From Octopus sinensis (Eukaryota): 64,000 nucleotides of DNA. Positions 1-11,282 of the stretch are shown here, in pieces. The position numbers and the translations under genes were made by a program. Within the stretch, counting starts at the first letter, position 1. Every line of letters starts with the position of its first letter. The DNA is taken from contig NC_043007.1 in assembly GCF_006345805.1 (NCBI RefSeq), positions 25,668,001-25,732,000 on the forward strand, read 5' to 3'. The notes beneath the pieces were generated by a model. It had not been told where the DNA came from and did not search any database. It saw nothing but the letters and a program-made list of their open reading frames with translations.

Positions 1-158
1 CTTTAACAATTGTGTCATCTGGAGCCAAGGCTGGATTAAGACCCATCGAGGCCCTAAGCGCTTAAAATATTTTGGTGCCCCCTTAAAAGATTATGTAGTT
101 CAAAATATAAACAATAACAAACCATGGAATTAGTTTTTATTTTTCAAAACGAAAAAAA

Positions 159-225
159 TGGCGGTGCCCCAGCATGGCCACAGCTCATTAGCTGAAACTG
201 GAAAAATCAAAATCAAAATCAAAAC
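159..225 (+). mobile_element. 3' terminal stub of a CR1-type LINE or related SINE with (AAAATC)n tail
   Basis: ggcggtgccccagcatggccacagctc..gctgaaact is the same terminus as the LINE at 45462-45985. Confidence 0.65.
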
Positions 226-864
226 AGCAAGAGGGAATATAATGTTTATTTTTGTATTCTTGCAATTTTTTTATATTTGAAAAAAGTTTCCCCAGATCAT
301 CTTGGGGCACTCACCATTGTAACTGTTTTAAAGTGGGTTCCTCCCACTGGTGTGATGTGTGACTGCCATTGTACTGAAGTTGCTGTTTTATGCTAGTAGC
401 CACAATAGTTACTAGTCATCAGATACCGTTGTATCTCTTCATACCAGAATAGTAATACACTAACCTCTTGTTTTACTATTGCTGATAGCTCCACAAGACA
501 CTGACAACGACTGTTGGCTCTCAACTCTTTGAGTCTCAACCCTAACTTGATGACTGGCTACTGGCGTATTTATAATGGCTGGCACCTACCACTTTTTACC
601 AAGTGGTTGGGCTGTACAGTTTTACTATACAACAGTAACTGATGGAGTGTTAGTTATAAATGAGTGTCAATGTCATACAAGCAGTGTCATTCATTTCTGA
701 TACACTACGAGAACATCTCTATTCATGGGTTAACGTTGGTGAGAGTTGGTAACAGGGAGGAGATCTACCCATAGAAAATCTGCCCCTTATAAACTGTATC
801 TGTTCCAAGGACAATTACAATGATGATGATGATGTATCCCTCTATTTATGCTTTCTATTTTCAG

Positions 865-1085
865 AACTGGAAGCAACCCACTTATCCGTCTCAACAAGAT
901 CTGGGGAGGTCAAAACGGTGGCATTCTTGTCTACAACAGTGGACTAGGGATGATTGCTCATAATGAAATATTTGACAATGCCATGGCTGGGGTATGGATT
1001 AAGACAGATAGTAATCCTGTTCTACGCAATAATAAAATACATGATGGCAGAGACGGTGGTATTTGTATTTTCAACGGTGGTAAAG
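865..1085 (+). CDS. FBXO11: FBXO11 internal exon (CASH/PbH1 repeats), RTGSNPLIR...GICIFNGGK
   Basis: Translation [52 protein letters not shown] matches FBXO11 as recalled. Acceptor ttttcag at 858-864, donor gtacgt at 1086. 221 nt, phase 2 to phase 1. Confidence 0.97.
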
Positions 1086-1199
1086 GTACGTAGCTTTCAC
1101 ACTTGTTACACAAGAGGAAAAAATTAACTTTGCATTGTTGTTGTTGTTGTTATTGTTATTATTGTTATTATTATTATTATTATTATTGAGTGAGAGAGC

Positions 1200-1492
1200 A
1201 CCGCCTTGACTGGCTTCTGTGCCGGTAGCACAAAAAAAAAAAAAAAGAAAGCACCAACTGATCGTGGCCGATGCCAGATCCCTCTGGCACCTGTGCAGGT
1301 GGCACGTAAAAAGCACCCACTACACTCGCAGAGTGGTTGGCGTTAGGAAGGGCATCAAGCTGTAGAAACACTGCCAGATCAGACTGGAGCCTGGGGCAGC
1401 CCCTGGCTCCCCAGACCCCGGTCGAACCGTCCAACCCGTGCTAGCGCGGAAAACGGACATTAAACGATGATGATGATGATGATGATGATGAT
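1200..1492 (+). mobile_element. Dispersed retroposon ending in a (GAT)n tail
   Basis: Body ends in ggacattaaacgatgatgat. Related degenerate pieces at about 17700-17820 (+) and 19630-19730 (-). Confidence 0.6.
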
Positions 1493-2034
1493 GAGAGCAG
1501 TTCATGCCATCAAAGTGACACTGGGGTAAAATATACGAAGCCCAATATACCCATCATGACTACCCGTCTGATAAGGGTACACCAGGCACATGCATCACAA
1601 CCATATGTGCACGACATGGTGATCTCATATCAAGATAAACAGCACATGACCTATCTAACAAATCCACTCACAAGGCTTAGGTCGACCCAGGGCTATAGTA
1701 GAAGACATTTGCCCACGGTGTCATGCAGTGGGACTGAACCCAGAACCATGTACGTTGGAAAGCTAATTTCTTACTACTCAGCCACCCCTTGCTGTTACTT
1801 TCTTCATTTGTCTTTTTTTCTCTCTCAATATTCAGTCACAGGAACAGTAGCTTATATGACCATTTTCAAAGCTCTCTGAGATTAGTGGAGGGAAAAGGTA
1901 GAAAGAAATCTAGTGTGATTGAGGCTGCAGTAGAAAGCTACAGCAGCCCTGAATTTTGAATTATCTCCCTTGTGATTGGAGACCTGGTCTGAACATTTTA
2001 CAACTGAGAGTGTCTCCACTTAAGACATATAGAG

Positions 2035-2147
2035 AATACCAAACGAGTTCCCTATGGATACCGTATTTATTACAACGAGTGGCTTGTAAACTTTACAAGC
2101 CACGAGTTGTAATAAATACGGTATCCATAGGGAATGAGTTTGGTATT
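2035..2147. repeat. 113-nt near-perfect palindrome centred on 2091
   Basis: 56-bp arms pair except for two 2x2 GA/GA mismatches and one G-T wobble. Confidence 0.95.
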
Positions 2148-2238
2148 TTATTTATTACACACGAATAAACGACCATATTTTATTGACCCAATAACTAAAT
2201 TCTTCACGTTTAGTTGTAACTTATGAATGACAAAAGTA

Positions 2239-2342
2239 GTGCCGTCACCGTGAACTCAGGTTATCACCATGGATTGACCAATCAGAAGCAGTGCTGTCAC
2301 CATGACCTCGGGTCATCACCATGGATTGACCAATCAGAAGCA
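2239..2342 (+). repeat. Two tandem 52-bp repeats, each with GATTGACCAATCAG
   Basis: Units 2239-2290 and 2291-2342 aligned by eye. Confidence 0.9.
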
Positions 2343-2589
2343 GCGCTCGCAGTATCTGACATATGTTAGATACCAAAAATATCTCAAAGTGTTCTCACTC
2401 ACATGGGTGTAATAAACAAGAGTTAATTGAGGCTGTGTCACCTGGTTACAGAATGAATCTTTCCCAAAAACTTCTGTTTTTTGTTGTCTTTTACTTGTTT
2501 CATAGAGCTGTGGCCATATTGGGCCATCACCTTGAAGGGTTTACAAATTGAACAACTTGACCCAGTACCTATTAAGTCTGGTGTTTATT

Positions 2590-3000
2590 CTCTTTACTCT
2601 TTACTCTCTTACTTGTTTCAGTCATTTGACTGTGGCCATGCGGGAGCACCGCCTTTAGTCAAGCTAATCGACCCCCAGGACTTTTTCTTTGTAAGCCTAG
2701 TACTTATTCTATCGGTCTCTTTTGCTGAACTGCTAAGTTACGGGGACATAAACACACCAGCATCGGTTGTGAAGCGATGTTGGGGGACAAACACAAACAC
2801 ACACACACACACACATATATATATGAATATACATATATACGATGGGCTTCTTTCAGTTTCCATCTACCGAATCCACTCACAAGGCTTTGGTCGGCCCAAG
2901 GCTGTAGTAGAAGTCACTTGCCCAAGGTGCCATGCAGTGGGGCTGAACCCGGAACCATGTGGCTGATAAGCAAGCTACTTACCACACTGCCACTCCTGCA
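2590..3000 (-). mobile_element. tRNA-derived SINE with internal (TA)/(TG)n and CR1-like 3' end (family D)
   Basis: Pol III A/B-box-like head and a shared body. Other copies at about 6000-6190(-), 6245-6320(+), 11905-12320(+), 23180-23355(+), 52320-52550(+), 53010-53270(-), 55030-55770(-), 57430-57660(-), 58025-58445(-). Confidence 0.85.
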
Positions 3001-3277
3001 CCTATTCTCTTGATATTTTATGCTGAACCACTAGGTAATGTGGACATAAACAAACTGACACTGGTTGACTCATGTGGGAGGAGGAGGACAAGCATCAACA
3101 AACACATGCAAACTCTCACACACACATACACATATCAGGTTTCCATAGTTTCCCTCTACCAAATTCACTTAAAAAAAAACATTGACCAGTCTGGGGCTAT
3201 TGTAGAAGGTACTTACCCAAGTTGCTGTGCTATAGGACTGAACCTGAATCCATGTGGTTGCAAAGCTATCTTTATAA

Positions 3278-3665
3278 TCGTGGAGGCGCAATGGCCCAGT
3301 GGTTAGGGCAGCGGACTTGCGGTCATAGGATCGCGGTTTCGATTCCCAGACCGGGCGTTGTGAGTGTTTATTGAGCGAAAACACCTAAAAGCTCCACGAG
3401 GCTCTGGCAGGGATGGTGGTGATCCCTGTTGTACTCTTTCACCACAACTTTCTCTCACTCTTACTTCCTGTTTCTGTTGTACCTGTATTTCAAAGGGCCG
3501 GCCTTGTCACTCTCTGTGTCACGCTGAATATCCCCGAGAACTACATTAAGGGTACACGTGTTTGTGGAGTGCTCAGCCACTTACACGTTAATTTCATGAG
3601 CAGGCTGTTCCGTTGATTCGGATCAACCGGAACCCTCGTCGTTGTAACCGACGGAGTGCTTCCAT
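3278..3665 (+). mobile_element. tRNA(Arg-like)-derived SINE (family C)
   Basis: Head ggaggcgcaatggcccagtggttagggcagcggact..ggtttcgattccc. Copies at about 4705-4995(+), 5620-5945(+), 41250-41568(-), 42330-42505(-), 54130-54605(-), 59080-59230(-). Confidence 0.85.
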
Positions 3666-4149
3666 ATCTTTATAATCACACAGCCATGCCTGCACCTATA
3701 ATATATTATATTGTTCTTCTCTATAAATTAGTCAAAAGTGAGCATAAAATTTTTAGGTCTTCCTCTTCAGCTTCATCTGATAGACAAGGGTAATGCCTAG
3801 TTTGAACAACTGCAGATCAATACCGTCCTTAGCTGGAAGATCAGTAGTTAGATTCCCCTTCTCAGTTGGGTCCCTACAATGTCTGCATGTAGAATGTAAT
3901 GGAAGAAGAAATTGAGGGTTTTGTGAATACTTGAAATGGATGTCACATCTGTTAACTGTAATGGTTCTCAACCATTTTTTTTTACCTATGGACCTCTTTG
4001 ATTCCTCTTTTACTCAGGAAGAGTGGGAAGGGGGACCCTCATAGCCATTCAGTGTCTAAGAACTCCCATTATATTTCTATAATTATATATTATTAGGAAT
4101 TGTGTAATTAAACGATTGTTAAAATATTTTGTGCTTTGTAGAAATATAA

Positions 4150-4660
4150 GCTTTGGTACTTGGATGTTGAATGTCTCCCATGATAATTAACAACCAAATA
4201 CCAATCTCAAAATCCCAGCTGTCCTTAGCAGTGCAGATTCTTGGGCTTGCCTTTCTCTCACGTCAATTCTGATTTCTCTGACATATTCCACAAACTTTGC
4301 TGTTACTGCTCCAAGTGCCCTTACAACTATTGGAATAACAGACACTCTCTTCATAGTCCGCATTCTTGCAATTTCGTCTTTTAGCAGTCTGTACTTTCCC
4401 ATTTTTTCTACTTCTTTGTCACTTATGCATGCATCCCCAGGTATTGCAATATCTATTATCTTGGTTTCTTTTTTCCTTTATCTACCACAACAATGTCTGG
4501 TCTCTGAGCATTGATTAGCGTGTCACAATGGATTGTAAAATCCCACAATATCTAGTATTCATTGTTCCCAGTGACTCCTGGTTCACGTTCATACCAATTC
4601 CATACTTTTCATATAGTCTTCAGTAAACAAACTTAGCCACATCATCATGCCTCCTCATTT
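4150..4660 (-). mobile_element. R4/Dong-type non-LTR retrotransposon 3' fragment (restriction-like endonuclease domain), decayed
   Basis: Minus strand reads RRHDDVAKFV..ILWDFTIHCD..RPDIVVVDK..IIDIAIPGD..KYRLLKDEIARM..VIPIVVRALGAV..ALLRTAGILRLVFGC, with stops and frameshifts. Confidence 0.85.
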
Positions 4661-5151
4661 CCCAATGTGAGATTGTTTGTTTTATTACTATTATCATTAT
4701 CATTGTGGAGGCGCAATGGGCCAGTGGTTAGGGCAGCAGACTCGCGGTCGGAGGATTGCGGTTTCGATTCCCAGACTGGGCGTTGTGTGTTTATTGAGCG
4801 AAAACACCTAAAGCTCCACGAGGCTTTGGCAGGGGTTGGTGGCGACCCCTGTTGTACTCTTTGGCCCCAACTTTCTCTCTTTCTTCCTGTTTCTTGAGTA
4901 ACGCTGTGATGGACTGGTGGCCCGTCCAGCTGCGGGGATCACATACACCACAGAAATTGGGAAACCGGGCCCATGAGCCTGGCTAGGCTTGAAAAGGGCG
5001 AGTAAAAAAAAAATCGTTATTATTATTATTATTATTTCGGGGTCGATTAAATAAGTACCAGTTGTGCACTGGGGTCGATGTAATCGACTGAAACCCTTTG
5101 TCCTTGTTTGTCCCCTCTATGTTTAGCCCCCTGTGGGCAATAAAGAAATAA

Positions 5152-5205
<54 letters not shown>

Positions 5206-5260
5206 GTTATTGTTGTTATTGCTATTATTATTATTATTATTATTATTGTTATTGTTGTTG

Positions 5261-5315
<55 letters not shown>

Positions 5316-5354
5316 CATCATCATCATCATTATTATTGTTGTTGTTGTTGTTAG

Positions 5355-5573
5355 GTATCCTTGAAGAAAATGACATATTCCAGAATGCTCAGGCTGGGGT
5401 GCTGATCAGTACACAGAGTCAACCATCTCTCCGTCGGAACCGAATCTTTGATGGTCTTGCTGCTGGTCTGGAGATCACAAACAATGCAACTGCTACGTTA
5501 GAGGAGAACAAAATATTTAACAACAAATTTGGTGGACTTTGTCTTGCCAGTGGTGTCAGTCCCATATTGAAAG
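5355..5573 (+). CDS. FBXO11: FBXO11 internal exon [19 protein letters not shown]...[10 protein letters not shown]
   Basis: Continues in frame from the previous exon (G|GT). Acceptor ttag at 5351-5354, donor gtacgt at 5574. 219 nt. Confidence 0.97.
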
Positions 5574-6600
5574 GTACGTTGGACATTTTGATGCCCTTTT
5601 TATTCTTGGAAATGTGTGAAGACGTGTGGCTTAGTCGTTTGAGCATTTGGCTTGTGGTCGTAAGGCCATGAGTTCGATTCCTAGCGATGTACTGTGTCCT
5701 TCAGCAAGATACTTTATTTCATGTCGCTCCAGTTCACTCAGTTGGCGAAAATGAGTTTTTACCTGTAATTCAAAGGGCCGGCTTTGTCACATTAGGTGTG
5801 CCATGTTGAATCTCCCTGAGAACTACATTAAGGGTGCAAGTGTCTGTGGAGTGCTTAGCCACTTGCATGTTAATTTCACAAGCAAGCTGCTCCGTTAATT
5901 GGGTCAATGGAACCCTCATCGTCATAACCAACGGACTGCCAAGATTCTCGGAATTGTATGTATGTGTGTATCTGGAGGTTTTGCCAAATTCAAATTTCTC
6001 TTTTACTCTTTTACTTGTTTCAGTCATTTGACTGTGGCCATGCTGGAGCACCGCCTTTAGTTGAGCAAATCGACCTCAGGACTTATTCTTTGTAAGCCTA
6101 GTACTTATTCTATCGGTCACTTTTGCCGAAGCGCTAAGTTACGGGGGACGTAAACACAACAGCATTGGTTGTCAAGTGATGTTGGGTGGACAAACACAGA
6201 CACACAAACATATTCACACACATACATATATATATATATATATAAGTCCTGTGGTCGATTTGCTCGACTAAAGGTGGTGCTCCAGCATGGCCACAGTCAA
6301 ATGACTGAAACAAATAAAAGAGAGAGAGAGAGAGAGAGAGTATATATATATATATATATATATGTAAATTCAAGGTGAATACTTGATAAATGTAAGCACC
6401 TGTATATGCCATATTGACTGATGATACAGTATGGACGGATTTTCGAAGTCCAATAATACCCTGCACACCTATTTGATTATGAAGATTTACAAACATACTT
6501 TCTCAGTGAAACTCAATATACCTACCATTATAGATAATACCAAATGTTCCTTTTCGGACTTTTCATAATGTGATACAGGTCTTTTAGTATAGCAATTGCA

Positions 6601-6694
6601 TGCAGCCGAAGAGAGCTTTAAACCATCTGTTATGTCGATTATGTATTGATGTAAGAATAAGTTGTTTCATAAAGCTTGAAACACGTGTACCGCG
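6601..6694 (+). ncRNA. Type I hammerhead-ribozyme-like motif (CCGAAGA core, palindromic stem III)
   Basis: Stem II GAGCTTTA/TAAAGCTT, GAAA at 6678-6681, ACACGTGT palindrome, GUA triplet, stem I 4 of 5 bp. Confidence 0.65.
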
Positions 6695-6749
6695 ACATCC
6701 TTTGTGTTCTGTTTTTTTATTTCATTTGATACATACATATATATATATA

Positions 6750-6995
6750 TATATTATATAGAGGGCATTATTACACATAAATGCCTCACACTAAGAGGGA
6801 CATAAGTCATTACTACCAAAATTTCACTAATCATACCCAATGCAGTTTTTCAAAGCAAGACATTTAAAAAATGAATTTTAAATGTCTTGCTTTGAAAAAC
6901 TGCATTGGGTATGATTAGTGAAATTTTGGTAGTAATGACTTATGTCCCTCTTAGTGTGAGGCATTTATCTGTAATAATGCCCTCTATATAATATA
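6750..6995. repeat. Foldback inverted repeat, 120-bp arms, 6-nt loop, 1 mismatch
   Basis: Arms 6750-6869 and 6876-6995 compared by eye. Confidence 0.95.
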
Positions 6996-7387
6996 AATTA
7001 ATATGTTCAAAAGAAAAAAATTATTTTCGAATTTTTCTCTTATGAGGTTTTTCACGCTAACTACCTGATAATTTCTTGTTAAGATTCCTTATTGAGAAGT
7101 TATCCTTAATTGTTAAATTTATATATATATATATATATATATATAGATAGATAAATTCTTAGATTTTGTTAAGATAATGATATTTACCTCTATCTAAATG
7201 TTTCTGCTTTGAAGGTAAATACTTGCATTCATCATCTATTTTCTGCTCACAAGTCTTTATATCCCATCACACCATCAGCCCACATTATTTCATGCAATAT
7301 TTGATATCTCTACACATGTACAATATTAAGAAGAAACAGTCAAGTCACTTCTCTTACCTTGATGCCACCTGCTCTATTACTTCACAG

Positions 7388-7496
7388 ATAATATCATTAC
7401 TGGTAACCATAATATGGTCGAGAAAGCTGTAGATTCCGGTCAATGTCTCTATAAAATATCAAGTTGTACCAGTTTTCCAATGCACGATTTTTACAG
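7388..7496 (+). CDS. FBXO11: FBXO11 penultimate exon [37 protein letters not shown] (not in the ORF track)
   Basis: Found by manual translation; matches the FBXO11 motif [22 protein letters not shown]. Acceptor ttcacag at 7381-7387, donor gtaatg at 7497. 109 nt, phases fit both neighbours. Confidence 0.95.
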
Positions 7497-7781
7497 GTAA
7501 TGGACTTAAATGTCCTTTTCTTCTTATTCCTCCGCTCTTTCTCTCTTTCCTTCCTTCTTTCTTTCTTTCTTTCTTTTGTCGTGTGCTCCACGGTGGCCAT
7601 CTTTGGATGGTTCCATCAGTGTATCACTATGGACTCTCTCGTCCCTTTTATGAATAAGGGTTCAGCAAAATGCAGTTGCATGGTGTGGGACTGTGGAAAG
7701 CAACCATCACCCCCTTGGCCACCTGGGTGCAGGGCCAAAGCTGAAAACTTCCTGTAGCACCCTGTACCGGTCCCTATTACC

Positions 7782-7990
7782 TATTTCTTTATTACCCTCA
7801 AGGGGCTAAACAAGGACAGACATATGGATTAAGTCGATTACATAGACCCCAGTGCGTAACTGGTACTTAATTTATCGACCCCGAAAGGATGAAAGGCAAA
7901 GTCGACCTTGGCGGAATTTGAACTCACAACGTAACGCAGATGAAATACCGCTAAGCATTTCGCCCCGCGCGCTAACGTTTCTGCCAGCTC
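7782..7990 (-). mobile_element. SINE family E (ggcggcgagctggcagaatcgttagc...), the most abundant repeat in the window
   Basis: Many copies: 5037-5150(+), 8100-8335(+), cluster 12360-13800, 15250-15470, 29200-29690, 34110-34310, 34940-35700, 38450-38610, 41870-42260, 46460-46680, 61740-61900, 62560-63300, 63905-64000. Confidence 0.85.
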
Positions 7991-8377
7991 GTCACCAGTC
8001 CCTATTACCTCTTTCCCTATCACCACTGGACTCACGAAGGAAGTTCAACAGTGTTCGTGCTGGTGTTTTAGTGTGCTGAATGGCCTGCACAGTATTATTA
8101 TGGCAGCGATCTGGCAGAAACGTTAGCACGCCGGGCGAAATGCTTAGCAGTATTTCGTCTGTCGCTACGTTCTGAGTTCAAATTCTGCCGAGGTCGACTT
8201 TGCCTTTCATCCTTTCGGGGTCGATTAAATAAATACCAGTTACGCACTGGGGGGCGATGTAACTGACTTAATCCATTTGTCTGTCCTTGTTTGTCCCCTC
8301 TGTGTGTAGCCCCTTGCGGGTAGTAAAGAAATAAGTATTATCGTGGTTGGCTAATTATCTTTTGTTAATTATTTAGA

Positions 8378-9103
8378 CCCTTTAGTATTCAGATTTCTCT
8401 GTCAAATATAAAACTTATTTATTCACAATGATAAAATTTATTCATGCTTTGCCTTGTAGCTTTGAGATTTCAATGATGTGATTGTCTATTTTTAGAATAA
8501 TATTGTAGGGTAAGTGTGAGAGGCTGGATCTGGCCAGTCTGAAGATAAAACAGGTAAATTATTTGTGGTCGGATATGGTCAGTTTCACCCTTTCATTACT
8601 GTATATATTTTGAGATGCTCTGTGTTTCTTTCAATTAATTTTAAATATAACAGAGAATTTAGTAAAATAACTTAGTTATCATTCAGCTAGTGTTAGGAAC
8701 ATAAATTGTGACTAAGGTTTGGTGGAAGATTTTAATTCAAAACTTATGAAAACAAAACATTTGTACTACAGAGCCAGAAGTGGTTTCGGGTTGGTTGGTA
8801 TCAAAAGGGTTATGGTGGCACTATCACTAATGCTTTCTACATGGCACCAGCACAAGTGTTTTTAATCCCTTTGTTCCCATATTTTTGGTGGGATGTTCTG
8901 TGTTTCTTTCAATTAATTTTAAATATTACAAAGAATTTAGTAAAATAACTTAGTTATCATTAAGCTAGTGTTAGGAACATAAATTGTGACTAAGGGTTTG
9001 CTGGAAGATTTTAATTCAAAACATATGAAAATAAGACATTTGTACTACAGAGCCAGAGGCGGTTTCAGCCGGGTTGGTATCAAAAAGGTTAAATGCTAAA
9101 GGG
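8378..9103. mobile_element. Nested piggyBac-type MITEs in the last FBXO11 intron
   Basis: Outer TIR ccctttagtatt/aatgctaaaggg. Two inner copies (about 8587-8810 and 8866-9088) belong to the family at 20734-21117. Confidence 0.6.
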
Positions 9104-9200
9104 TTGATAATAATGCCTTGTTGTGTCAAATCTCTTGCTGTATTCCAATGAATAACCTTTTTTTTTTTGTTTCTTTTTCCTCTCTTCTTTCACCCCCCAG

Positions 9201-9429
9201 ATGTCGGACATGCAATACCACTGACCGAAACGCCATCTGTGTGAACTGTATCAAAAACTGTCATGCTGGGCATGATGTCGAGTTTATTCGACACGACCGC
9301 TTTTTCTGTGATTGTGGTGCTGGCACACTAAATAACCAATGCAAATTGCAAGGGGAGCCAACACAAGACACAGACACTCTTTACGACTCTGCCGCCCCAA
9401 TGGAATCTCATACACTCAGAGTCAACTAG
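9201..9429 (+). CDS. FBXO11: FBXO11 last coding exon, UBR-type zinc finger, stop TAG at 9427-9429
   Basis: [41 protein letters not shown]...[14 protein letters not shown]. Pyrimidine-rich acceptor ending cag at 9200. Confidence 0.97.
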
Positions 9430-9869
9430 AATGAAATTATTATTACCACGATTATTATTGCTGTTATTATTACTATTATTATTATTATCATTATTATTAT
9501 TAATATTTTTATTATTATTACTACTATTATTATTATTATTATTATTCTCATGTCATGTATTTTGAAAAAAAAAAAAAGAAGCATCTCTTGACCGTCTATC
9601 TGGAACTCCTGTTTTGACAGTGATACAGCTGGGCTGATCAACGTGGCGACGAAGTGAAGCCAAAATATTTAAGGGAGAGGGGTGGCGATGTAAGAGAGAA
9701 ACAGCGTGAGAGAGAGAGAGAGAGAGAGAAAACGAGAGCAAGAATGACACATTGCAAAAGAGAAAAGACAAACAAATTGTAATCTCTAAAAAATGAATTA
9801 GCACATATATATTATATATATATATACATATATATATATACATATATACATATATATATACATATATAC

Positions 9870-9957
<88 letters not shown>

Positions 9958-10324
9958 AAAAATCACAAAACAAGAAAAACAAAAACGGCCAACATGAAAC
10001 CTCTTCCATATTTAAATTTTTCATTTAGAAAAAAAAAAATGTTTTTCTTCTCCCCACCCCCTCTTTTTTTTCTCCTGCGGTGCTTATTATTATTATTATT
10101 ATGATTATGATTACGGTTATTATCATTATTATTATTATTATCATTATTATTATTATGAATGTTATTAATATCATTGACGGAACACACAAAAAAAAAAAAC
10201 CAAAAGAATATGGAATAGTAATTGAGAATATAGGAAAAAAAACGGTTTTGTTTTGTCGTATATATACCTCTTCTTCCTTTCTTCTTCTGAAGATTGTCCA
10301 TTTCAAGACTGGAGAGAAAGAAAA

Positions 10325-10346
10325 AATAAATCAATAAATAAATAAA
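10325..10346 (+). promoter_or_regulatory. Cluster of overlapping AATAAA hexamers, candidate FBXO11 polyadenylation signal
   Basis: aataaatcaataaataaataaa about 900 nt after the stop. The low-complexity context means it may be chance. Confidence 0.3.
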
Positions 10347-10819
10347 CAAAATGAAAGAAAGAAAGAAAGAAAGAAAGAAGGAGAAAAGACAGAAAGAAAG
10401 AAAAAGAAGAGAAATTGCTGAGAAGTGGATACAAAACTAATTTTTAAGGAATTTATTTCTGCTACCTCCCTCAAAGTCCCCTTCTGCATTCAACATGTTT
10501 ATCACCTTATTTTTTCACCTACAGCCATCATCTCTTCATGCACATTTTTTTTTTATTTTTTCAGAAATTCTTCAGTTTCTTTTTTTTTTTTTTTTTTTTT
10601 GTATCTAGTCCTTCCCCCTCTTCTTGAAGTTTTCTAAAGCTTTATCTTTCCACCAAAAACCAAGGCTACCAATAGCTTTTTTTTTGTGGGGGAGTTTTCA
10701 GTTCTTTGCTGCAACAATAACACATTTGTGGTCTGATTTCTGTTGGTAATGCTTATATACATATATAAATATATAAACACATATATTTATACATAAGTGT
10801 GTGTGTTTATGTATGTGTG

Positions 10820-10850
<31 letters not shown>

Positions 10851-10933
10851 GCATGCATACATATATCTCTGTATACATGTTTATATATGTACATGTGTGT
10901 GTATGTATGTATATATCTATCTATCTATCTATC

Positions 10934-10967
<34 letters not shown>

Positions 10968-10998
10968 ATATATATATATCTATATATATATATATCTA

Positions 10999-11048
<50 letters not shown>

Positions 11049-11243
11049 ATGGCCTGGCTTTGTGCGCTTGCTTGATGGGGCTGGAGTCATTTTATGTTAG
11101 TGGTCCCAGAGGTAACATCATTCGGAGAGCCGACTAGGTCCACCTGTGCTCACCATCACGGGTGGTCCCATGCTAGCCCCTCTGCATCCTCAAGACATAC
11201 TTACACCAAAATATATATACATATATATATATACATATGCACC

Positions 11244-11282
<39 letters not shown>

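Noticed and set aside
3278-3360. tRNA-like sequences at SINE heads
   Set aside because: No complete cloverleaf or acceptor stem, and they are followed by SINE body in multiple copies.
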